Origin: the human T2T-CHM13v2.0 reference genome, Homo sapiens
NCBI RefSeq assembly: GCF_009914755.1
Contig: NC_060925.1
Strand: one strand, 5' to 3'
DNA: 64,000 nt
Shown here: piece by piece, positions 52,519 through 64,000 of the stretch
Position numbering within the stretch: the first letter of the stretch is position 1
Layout of the letters: every line of letters begins with the position of its first letter
The notes under the pieces: model-generated
Databases searched by the model: none
Told to the model about the DNA's origin: nothing
The model's input: the letters and a program-made list of their open reading frames with translations, nothing else
Made by a program: the position numbers and the translations under genes

Positions 52519-54208
52519 ACCAGGTTTACCCTATTAAGGATAAGGGGTTTCTGATGAGTAAATGACATAGAAGAGTTAATAAAGATGGTAAACTCTCGTG
52601 GGTATACTCGAGAGAGGAAAGGAAATGGCCTTCGTCTTCGGTGTAGGTAGTTATTCTTTCCCTTTCGTGTCAGCATAGGAAGGTGTGCTCAACATCAATT
52701 TCACTCTTTCTGTGGATAGCACAGTTCTGAACTGTGCTATTCAAGATAAAACAGTCTTGAAATTTTTCTGTGATTTTCATATTCAAATGGCATATTTAAA
52801 TAGATATTTAAAAGACTCAAAGGAAAATGAGTGAGCAAAATAATAACTTCACCCTGTAGTACTCTCGTTATTTTTCAGTACTTTCACATTCCACAAATAT
52901 TGACTGTCTACCTAACATGGGGGGGGTTTGGGAATTACAGCAGAGAAAGAACAGAGCTGCCTGCCCTCATAAAGTTCACAATCCAGGAGAGAGGTAGACA
53001 AATAAATAGGCAGTTATAATACAACCTGAAAAGGGTTTGTGAGCAGAAGTAGTGGGTGTTAGAGAAGTATATAGGTGGGGTATCTATCTCCAACTTGTAG
53101 GGCCAGAGAAACTTCCAGGAGAAAATGACGTTGAAGTTAAAACCAAAAAGGCATAGAGGAGCTAAACAAAGCTGGGCTTATCAGAACAAGATACTAACCT
53201 GGACAAATGTAAATTTTTTGTCCCATATAGACGATACTTTTTTCTTTAGCATGATGGTAAATATTCCTTGAGGATACTGAGACCAAGGGCCGAGGTCACT
53301 GGATGGCAAGTTGAGACTTGGAGAATCTACCAGTTCTTGAGTTACTTCTGTCATGTCCTGTAATGATAATAAATTCAGTTATTGCCCCCTCAGTTCCCCT
53401 CTCTGTCATTTAACTTCAGAATAACTGTGGTTGGTAATCTCTTTCCTTTTTAGACTAGGATATTAAACTTCTGGAAAGTTTGACTGTAAAACCTAAACCT
53501 AAAGCTTATACCCATTGCTGACTTAAATTTTTTTTATTGAAACATCCAAATAAGTATAAATAATTTTCAACATAATTATGTACTTGCCTCTCTGTGAGTT
53601 TTAAAAGACTTAGTTAAATGATTTAGTGGCGTAGTAAAAACCCAAGGATTCAGGAAATCTAAACATTCAATTTTATGAGACCTAGGACTGTTTAGATACT
53701 CAGCCCTACCAAAACTTATTTATTGAGGGGTAAAGGTTGAGGAAGATGGGGATGGGGATCTTGGGAGCTCCCTGACTTAAAGTATTTCTTTTCTTTTTTT
53801 TAAGAAATACGAATAGAAATTAATATATTTTATGAAGTACTTAAAACCTTAAAAATCATTTTTCTATTCCAAGGATGAAAGTGAAGAAGAGAAAAAGGAA
53901 GCCACTGTAACTTAACGTAGTGACTAGTTTGGGTTGCTTTGGTAGCTTGTTTTATACAAATTGCTTTCTCAAGGAGAAAAGAGGATTAAAAATTAAAGCA
54001 TACAAGGACTTTGGAGAGTTCTAGTTAGAATTTTTAAGAGTTAGTTAGCTCCTTTATTTTTAAGGAAGCAGTATTTCAGAATCCTCCTAGATGGTTTTCT
54101 TCATCTTTTATCCTAATGTGGTGTATTTTCATGTTGAAAGATTCTATATTTGGTTGGCCTTATTATTCAGTCTTTTTTTTTTAATTTTTGGTATTCTGTC
54201 TGCTTTAG

Positions 54209-54330
54209 GAATTTGAAGTGATTGCCCAGATAAAGCTCTTACAGTCTGCCTGCAACAGCTATTGCATGACCCCAGACCAAAAGTTCATCCAGTGGTTCCA
54301 GAGGCAGCAGCTCCTGACAGAGGAGGAGAG
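54209..54330 (+). CDS. RGL1: RGL1 exon, 122 nt, EFEVIAQIKLLQSACNSYCMTPDQKFIQWFQRQQLLTEEE(S)
   Basis: Acceptor tctgctttag|, donor GAG|gtggga. Phase 0 in, phase 2 out. Confidence 0.94.
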
Positions 54331-55094
54331 GTGGGATCACCTGTCGTTCATCGGGGTAGAACTGAAGTGTTGGCAAGAAAAATGCTGCATTTAATACCTC
54401 GCTGGGTCATTTATTCAACAACTATTTAGTGAGCAGCTGCTAGGTTCCAGGTCCTTGGTTTTCAAAGGCGCATGGTGTGGCAGGAAAGGCTGAGTTGATA
54501 GCATCAAGATGTACTTTCAGACTCTTGCTTGGCCACTTATTTATCTTTGTAACCTTGAACAAGTCATTTGTTCTTCCCTATCTTAAGGATGCTCATCTGT
54601 AGAATGTTTGTGAGGCGTAACTAAGATCTTATGTGGGAATGCTTTGTTAGAATGCTTGTCCTCAGCGTTGTCACCACCACCACTGTCACTGTGTTTGTCA
54701 TTCCTGTTAATTGATGGTAGCTTTCCAGGAAGCTTTCAACCTAGAGGGGTTGAGAGACTCATGAAACTTTGAAATATGGGTAACTACATTCCTACAAAAC
54801 CTATGGGAAGAATTGGGGAAAATAAGGAAAATATAAAGGCATTAATATTTAGGCTGGCTGTAAAGGAGAAACAAGATTTTGCCATAAGAACCGGAAGAGA
54901 ACATTCCAGACCGAGAGAGAACACAAGCAAAAGCTTGGTGGCCTGACATGTTTGGCATTTGAAGGAACAGTGATAACTCAGGTGTGGCAGGGACACAAAG
55001 AACAGTTTAAAAATAGTGGGATGGGCATAGAAAGGCATGTTCACTTGAGTGCCCTGCCTGCTGGCTCAGCACGTCCCTGTCCTGTAGCCTGCTC

Positions 55095-55395
55095 GCTTGT
55101 TGGCAGATTGGTCTGCAGGCCATATGTGGCCCACTGCCTGTTTTTACATTTTTAAATGATTGGGGTGGGGGGGAACAAAAAAAGAATATTTTGTGACACG
55201 AAACAGTTATTTGAAATTCAAATTTCAGTATCTACATAAATATGGTTTTATTGAAACACAGCCCGTTCATTTACATCTCATCTATGGTTGCTTTCATGCT
55301 GTAAAGACAGAGTTGAGTAGTTGCAACAGAGACCATATGGCCCACAAAGCCTAAAATACTATGTGATCCTTTACAGAAGAAGTTGGCCCATCCCT
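55095..55395. mobile_element. MER58B-like hAT-Charlie element
   Basis: gaaattcaaatttcagt...ttttattgaaacacagcc...gagttgagtagttgcaacagagaccatatggcccacaaagcctaaaata. Confidence 0.85.
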
Positions 55396-55787
55396 ACCCT
55401 AGCCCAGGGGATTTCTTTGGAAGTTTATCATAAGGGAGAGTGAAATTGACAGCAAAATAAGTATTTACAAAAAAAAAAACTTGAGGTTTAGAGAAATATT
55501 TGAATGAATTAATGACAGCATTTGGATTCAAACTCAGGTCTGCCCGGCTCTACAGCCTAAGCTCTGAAGATGGCTGTATAATGTTGGGCACCCTTCCCCA
55601 CCTACTCAGTAACGAAATACATCTACTGTCTACAGCTACAAGCTTTCATAAAAGGCACTTGGAATCACATATAAATTCCTCTTGTGCTTGTGTCAGTTAT
55701 ATCTGCCTGGCAGATAGAGGTCTGAATCTGGAGCATTTTTAATTTAGGAAGTTTTGGCAATTAAAAATTTAAAAAAGTATTTGTAGG

Positions 55788-55835
55788 CCACCCTGGCCAA
55801 CATGGTGAAACCCCATCTCTACTAAAATAAATAAA
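55788..55835 (+). mobile_element. About 40-bp Alu left-arm fragment followed by (TA)n
   Basis: ccaccctggccaacatggtgaaaccccatctctactaaaa. Confidence 0.85.
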
Positions 55836-56366
55836 TATATATATATATATCTTTATCAGTAATGTAATTGCCTATGTCTGTTCATTGACGATCAGATAGA
55901 TTACAAAAGTCTCTTCATTTTCTTTAGATAAAACTAAGTCATTTGTGCATGTGCACAAACACACATACAAAATAGTAGGAAGGAGGTAATAGAGAAGAAA
56001 TAGGAGGGGGAGGTAGTAGAGGAAGGAAGATTCTTCCACTGGCCTAGCAGTGGGATGAGAATGATCAGAATGGAGTTAGTTTTTGATGCTGCCAAAGTGC
56101 ATATATCCTTGTATTTGAAACACGCAGAACTAAATAGCCTCAATCATATGCCAGTGGAGGTGAGGGAGGAAGCACATAAGATAAATGTGTCAAATCGGGC
56201 CGTGAAGTCAGTACCCCCTGACGTTTATGATAGGACAACGTTTGTATATATCTTTACTTTGAACAATTAGAGCCTTCTCTAAAACAAAACCAGGACATCA
56301 TGTGAATTTAAGTGTGTTTTTCAATTCTCTAACTTTGACCTCATGGAGCCCCCTTCTCTTTCTCAG

Positions 56367-56456
56367 CTATGCCCTGTCATGTGAGATTGAAGCAGCTGCT
56401 GACGCCAGCACCACCTCGCCCAAGCCTCGGAAGAGCATGGTGAAGAGACTCAGCCT
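56367..56456 (+). CDS. RGL1: RGL1 exon, 90 nt, YALSCEIEAAADASTTSPKPRKSMVKRLS(L) (end of CDC25 domain)
   Basis: Acceptor ctctttctcag|, donor CCT|gtgagt. LS.EIE motif ends the RasGEF domain. Phase 2/2. Confidence 0.94.
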
Positions 56457-56639
56457 GTGAGTGTCCCCTGGGGGTTCTGGGGCTCCAAGAGGGTGCCATC
56501 AGAGTCGCGAGAGGAGATGTATTCAACAGGATGACCTTGAGCCAGGGTGAAAGTGAAGAGCACTCCGCTCATTTGTTAAGCCGTTTATCCTTCTGTCATG
56601 AACTCAAAGCATTTGCTGAGTCCATTCTTCTCCACTCCC

Positions 56640-57500
<861 letters not shown>

Positions 57501-59089
57501 AATATCTTTTTGAGGATTTGGGGGGATCAGGATTCTGACTGTCTTTATGGGCATTTGATATTTCCCAGCACTGTCTCTCCACCTACTTCAGTGAGTCACA
57601 TTGAGACACAGGCAGGGATGGCACATGACCTTGAGTGTTGCCATGTCCCCAGTGTAACATAAAGACCTCTGCTGGATGTGGATAGCAAGGTCTCCCACCA
57701 TCAGCGGCCACGCAGGCTGCTATCTGCCATCAGGTGATATGGGTGGTATGAGGCATTGTGGGTGGGTTGGAACATGCGCTTTAGTAGAAAGCATCTGGAA
57801 GATCATCCTGTGTTTTGCTCACCCTCTCTTTGTTCAGATGACTGTCCTGGCCCTGCGGAACTCTAGATTTATGAGCTTTTGGAGTCAGCTCTTGAGGAGA
57901 ATTTTTCATAGTATCTTGCTGTCTTTTCATCTTTGCAGATATGGGGGAATGAACTACTGAGATAATCTGAGGGGCCTGACCAAGCCTTGTCAGCTGGTAA
58001 GACTGGCATGTGCACAGGGAATCAGCTCCCTGATAGAGGAGTCCAGACATGCAGGGGATCCTGGGTGTCCACTCTGCTCACTGAGGCAGCAGAAGGAATT
58101 GGGAGCTTCTGGACCCACTATGGCAGTCAGAGGTTCTTAAGGAAAAAAACAAAAATTCTCAATGCAGGCAGGCCTAATCCTGCGTCCTGCTACCTCTATC
58201 CTCCTGCCTTCTCCCCATCCTCATTTCTATGCTACTGCTTCTCTGTACTCCTCTCCAAGCCCGGGATCTATATGTTTTGTGGTGGGAGTTCTAATACCCC
58301 TGGATCCTCTGTCTTCACTGACACAGACAAGTGGTCAGTCCTATGAAAACATTTACTGTGAAATCCAGAGAGGGCAGGACTGTGAGGGTGCTATGCCCTT
58401 CACAAAGTGTGGTAGGTACTCAGTACATCTCTTACTAGTAAAATCTTGCTGGGATAACCCTTGGTATCTGCAGTTGAGTTTGGGCATCTATTATGAAAGC
58501 AGTTCATATGCCCCCATCTTATTTCTTGTACATACAAGGGTGTTTGCATACCATTATTTTTCAAAAGATTTCATGATCTTCTTAGCATGTTTACAAATCT
58601 GGGAAATGCATTTTTGCTGTTCCCACATTCAATGGCTCATCATTCCAAAGAGGTTGGAGAAAACTTTGGGTGCTTAGGCCTAGTTTGAAAGTTAGAGATG
58701 CCTACTACTGAGCCAGAATGAACCTTCACAATGCAGGACAAAGCAGGACCTTACTGAATTGTAGAAATGGAAGAACCCTAGAGACTCTGAGATAATGGAT
58801 GGAGGACCACTAGTTGACATCCTTTCAAGATCTACCTTTGTAATTTATGAAGCAGTAAGAAAGGGCATTATTTTTGCTTCTGTGATCAGAGTTTAGCTCA
58901 TACCCCTATAGTCCCTGTAATGCTCCTGTAATGCTTGAAGGGTCATAAAAGGAAGACAGGGAAAATGGGGCTGGAGATAGCAGGGTAGAGATAAGGCAGA
59001 GCAAAAATATGCTTGAGCTCTTGGAATTCAAGCATATAATTCCGAAAATATTTAATAAAAAATCAAGTTCACCTTCATTGTTTCTATTA

Positions 59090-61045
59090 TTGTTGTTATT
59101 TTATAGTCAGTACTTGTTTAGGTTCAGCCCACGTGCTAGTTGCCTTGCATGCCGTTCCTTCTTAATCTGACTCCCGCCCTCCTTTTACCACTACTTGTGG
59201 TGTAAATCTGTTAACGGTAAACCTTCTCAGTCTTAGTCTGAGAAAGTCTTTATTTTGCCCTCCTTCTTAGAATTATATTAGACGGGTATAGAATTCAATA
59301 CTGACTGTTACTTTCACTCAGCACTTTGACGATATTATTCAGTGTCTTTTGACTTCCATGGTTACTTTTGAGATGTGTGGTATCTGCTTAATTACTATTC
59401 CTCTGTTTTATGTTCCCACTCCTGTTGCTTTTCTTTCTTCTTTCCTTCCTTCCTTCCTTCCTCACTCGCTCTCTTTCTTTCAAAAGAGTTTTGCTCTGTC
59501 GCTTAGGCTGGAGTGATCTTGGCTCACTGTAACCTCTGCCTCCTGGGTTCATGCAATTCTTGTGCTTCAGCTTCCCAAGTAGCTGGGATTACAGGCACAT
59601 GCCACCACACCTGGGTAATTTTTTTGTATTTTGGTAGAGATGGGGCTTCACCACGTTGCCTGGAGTGGTCTTGAACTCCTGAACTCAGGCAGTCAGCCTG
59701 CCTCGGCCTCCCAAAGTGCTGGAAGCACTTTGAGAGCCACTGTGCCTGGCCCCCTGTTGATTTTAAGAATTTCTTTTGTCTTTGATATACCAGTTTAAGT
59801 GGGAGTTTAGTCTTACCCTATTCAGGACATGGCTCTTGGATGGGAGGATTCCTATGGTTCACCAGTTCTGGAATCCTCTCAGCCACCATCTCTTCTGATA
59901 TGGGCCTTCTTCCATCCTCTCCATGTCTTCTGGAACTCCTCCTACACATACCTGGGGCTTTCTTACTGCTTTCTCCATATCTTTTCACTGTTCTTTCTAT
60001 GTCTTTATCTTTTGATGATGATTTTTGAGGATTTTCTTCAGATCTGTCATCTAGTTCATGATTTTTTTCTTCAAGTTATTTAATCCTTCCACTGAGGTTT
60101 TAGTTTAAGTCACCACCTTTTTCACTTAGAGGTGAAATGTTTTTCAAATTATCTTCTTCCTTTATTAGGATGTCTTGCTCTGAGCTCCGGTTTTCAATTT
60201 CTTCTTTTATGTCTTTAATATTTCCTAACATACTTATTTTGCAGCTTGGCTTATAGTAGACATGCAGATATTTGTTGGATGAATAAGCACATTATTAGTT
60301 TTGTTCTGACAGTTCTCAAATTTGAAGTTCTCAGGAGTCTAAGCCTGCTTTTTGTTATGCCTGTTGGCTCTCTCTTTCAGTGGAATATTTCCTTGTGTGT
60401 ATTTTGTAATTTTGTATCACGAGTTTATCTTTATCAGGGGATTCTCTGAAGCCTGGGCTGAAGGTATATCCCTCCCGCAAGATTTTCTTTTTTTTTAAGA
60501 AAAAATCTAGTTTACTAGCGGTGTCACCGGTTGAGAGTTTCTAACCCCATAGACCACATAAATAGCAAATTGGAGTGAGGCACAGACCCAGCTCACACAT
60601 GACTTCATAGGAGACATTTTTCTTCTTTCCATGCTCAGGCAAGAACAGTCTCCCTGTTGTCTTCCTATGCTAGTAGAAAGATATTTTTCTGGCCTATCTT
60701 TTTAGTAAGGGTATAGCCCTTTGTGGGCCCTGGCTGTATATAGTTTTGGTTCTAACTCCTCACCATTCATAAACGGAAACCCTCATCTTTGGGCCCTGGG
60801 TGTGCATTAAAACCCATATCACTATTTTGCCAAGATTGGGGCCTCCCACTCCCCCACCAGAGCAGCTGCAGAACTAGCTCGCGTGCTTCTGGTTTTCAGT
60901 TCCTTTTTCACTTAAGGCCTGTAGGGATTTCCCTTCCTATCTTGCAAGCTCAACTAAAAAGAGTTTTTAATATTTCTTATCTAGCTGTTTTATAGAGGAA
61001 GCATTTAGGATACTGTAGTTCACAGATTGTTGGAAATAGAAGTCT
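59090..61045 (-). mobile_element. Old L1M (antisense), interrupted by an Alu
   Basis: gtctgagaaagtctttattttgccctcc...gggtatagaattc...tcagcactttgacgatattattc; T-rich L1 character throughout. Boundaries approximate. Confidence 0.6.
59476..59751 (-). mobile_element. Alu (antisense) with a decayed (CCTT)n tail
   Basis: Dimeric Alu. Imperfect TSD cctgttg.ttt. Confidence 0.92.
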
Positions 61046-61436
61046 TCCTCCTTGGTTTCTTACCCAAAGCAGTGCCATCCCTTCTTTGCCTGTGAAGATC
61101 ATTTTATGGTAGGAAGTGATGGGGGTATGCTGATGGTATCTTGATCCTGCCAAGGTGGTCCATAGACTGTTAAAATGTAGAGGACCATTGACCTAGAAAG
61201 ACTTCAGATTAGTACTGAATAATCTATGTGTTCTTTGAAGTTGGAAATACTCTTTTGGGACAAGATGTTTACTACTATTTGTTAGAAACTTTATAGCGAA
61301 TGTCCTCCTAAAATAATAATGACAGAACACACAAGACTGAAAAAACATCAAGGGCTTAATCAACACAAAATATTTGCCTAATCATGGATTCCAGATTTGT
61401 AACAGCCCAAATGCTTGGCATTCTGTTTTTTTCCAG

Positions 61437-61623
61437 ACTGTTTCTAGGGTCTGACATGATCACCAGTCCCACTCCCACCAAAGAGCAGCCCAAGTCCACT
61501 GCCAGCGGGAGCTCTGGTGAAAGCATGGACTCTGTCAGCGTGTCATCCTGCGAGTCGAACCACTCAGAGGCTGAGGAGGGCTCCATTACTCCCATGGACA
61601 CCCCTGATGAGCCTCAAAAAAAG
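61437..61623 (+). CDS. RGL1: RGL1 exon, 187 nt, LFLGSDMITSPTPTKEQPKSTASGSSGESMDSVSVSSCESNHSEAEEGSITPMDTPDEPQKK (Ser-rich linker)
   Basis: Acceptor gtttttttccag|, donor AAG|gtatat. Lies within ORF 61384..61647. Confidence 0.94.
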
Positions 61624-61949
61624 GTATATACTCAACCCTTCTCATAATTCCTAATGCAGGCACCTACATGCTCTTTGCCACACCACAGCAAGGAATGTCT
61701 GTTTTTAAGTGGATCACTCTATAGTATTTTGAAAGTCATGTTTTGAACAGGCATCAAAAGAAGAGTTCAATTTGGGGACATACTACTAATAGAAACAGGT
61801 GTAAAAGCACTAAGCAGTTTCGTTTATTCATTTGGCCTTTGAAATATTGTTCTATACCCACCTCTTAAGGCACTGGAGTTATTTAGGGGAAGTAGGACTT
61901 CTTAGAAAGAGCAAAAAGTCAGAGATGGAGATGTGTCAGGTTCTTGGTG

Positions 61950-62400
61950 CCATGTTTTGTCTTAGCCAAGCATTTATCACAATAATGTTGCATTGCATGC
62001 CACTCCAAAAGTCAGTGACTTAAAACAACCACTATTTATCTCTCTTATGTATCTGCTGGTTGGCTGATCTAGGTTGGGCTTGACACTAGGCCACAGATTT
62101 GGTCCAGGTCTGTTCCACTTGCCTCTCATTATTGTTGGAGTAACGGGCTACCCAGGGCTTGCCCTTAGCATGCTAAGACGGACAAGCAAGAGGGCAAGCC
62201 CACTCGCAAGCATATGTCAAGCCTTTACTTGAGTCGTATCAACCAACATTCTATTGGCTAAAGTAATCATGTGGCCACATTCCACATAAGTAAATGAAGC
62301 AGAGAAATAGGCTCCAGTTTTAGTGGGAGGAACTCTGAAATCACAGTGCAAAGGGCACAGCTGCAGGGGAAGATGAGGGATTGGTAACAAGGATACATTC
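61950..62400 (-). mobile_element. Old MaLR LTR (MLT1J/K-like)
   Basis: tcagtgacttaaaacaaccactatttat...aacattctattggctaaagtaatcatgtggcca. Confidence 0.7.
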
Positions 62401-62491
62401 TCCCATGTTGGAAAAAAGGAAACTGATGAGAGGTGATAAAAGAATTTCCGTCGAGTTTCTATTTTCTGTGACTGCATAAATAAAAATTTAA

Positions 62492-62885
<394 letters not shown>

Positions 62886-64000
62886 TGAAGGGTTTGGATC
62901 AGAAAGTCAACTATGACATAACTAGAATTTGCACCATTTGGGGAAGGTTTCTGGCTAACCAAGCTTACTCAATAGTGACTTCTGGCTCCTTAGCTTATGG
63001 TTAGGTCAGTAAGGTAGAATGTTGGCAATGGTTTCATCCCTTGGTTTATATCTGCTGCTCTTCAAGGGGACATGTGTGTTGCTTCACATGGTGTTAAAAC
63101 AACAGTGGTAATCCTGGAACCCTCAAGTGACTTTGTCATAATGTAGCCAATCCAGGAAAAGCATCATATTCAGGATTCATCAAACTGAGATGACTAATTT
63201 GCTGCTCTAGTTGGATTTCTTAGCTTTCTGCTTTGAAATCCAGGGGATACAATCATTCATGCTCTAAATATTGAAAGAAAGCCTTCGTGGACACCTACGG
63301 ACTGGCCATGCTCTCAAAAGGCATTTTTCCTCAACCCGGGATGTAGTCATTCTTCGTGACTTGACATACAAATTAGCTTTGTCAAAATCTGGAATGCAGT
63401 CTCATCATTCACTTTTTCACAGCCTCTGAGGTTTTATAGGCTCCATTTCTGATGGTAGACATTGTAGGAAAGTAATAACTGAGGTATTGCCCACATTATT
63501 GTGGGATTTCTCCCTGTCTCTCCAGGAAGGAGATGGAATCACAGTCACACCTTGTGGCATAGTGGAAATGTACATTGGTCCAAATGGTACCTTTTAAAAC
63601 TATGCAGAAGCCCAGTGTGCTTTCTCCTGCACATCCCTTGCTTCATCTTTTTTGTCTCATCCCTCATCAGACTGGCTTTTTAAATTCTTGCAGAAGTCAT
63701 GGCTCTTTATTCTTTGGATGAACCTTTCTCAGAGTCATACATTTCTTAAACATCAGTGATTCACTTGGATGCAAGTAGCTCCTGGACTGCACAATCCCTG
63801 CATATTAGCTAGAAAGGCTCGTGATTCTCCTGCTTGGCACATAGCTGGACTGAGCTGACCTCCACACTTCCTTCCTGACCTGAGAGCCTGTGACAGCCGC
63901 CTTCTCCAAAAGTCCTCCAGACTGTCATTCTTCCTTTTCCACAGGCTGCACTGTGAGGTTGCTCTTAAGGGTGAAGTGTAATTTATTTGCATTCCTTTCT

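Overview
Primate (human-like) genomic DNA, not microbial. The window lies inside the RGL1 gene (Ral guanine nucleotide dissociation stimulator-like 1) on the + strand. Twelve internal coding exons (1402 nt, 15270-61623) join through GT-AG introns with consistent phases into one stop-free frame. That frame covers the end of the REM domain, the CDC25-type RasGEF catalytic domain and the start of the Ser-rich linker; neither start nor stop codon is in the window. The rest is intron rich in Alu, L2, MIR, L1M, MLT1 and MER elements; family names are from memory, not a database search. The most interesting unexplained signal is at about 4.5-5.1 kb: NR5A-type site, TATA box, Inr, strong donor, 213-nt intron, strong acceptor, 40-bp-stem hairpin and ATTAAA with a U-rich tract, all in the correct order. 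This suggests a compact nested two-exon Pol II unit, or alternative first/last exons of RGL1. Other notable structures: a cluster of palindrome and templated-duplication scars (4.9-6.9 kb); a solo LTR with a 20-bp minisatellite carrying ten phased ETS-core sites; inverted Alus bracketing two phase-0 exons that would make a 177-nt stop-free circle; and a candidate recursive-splicing exon. All functional claims are inferences from sequence only.
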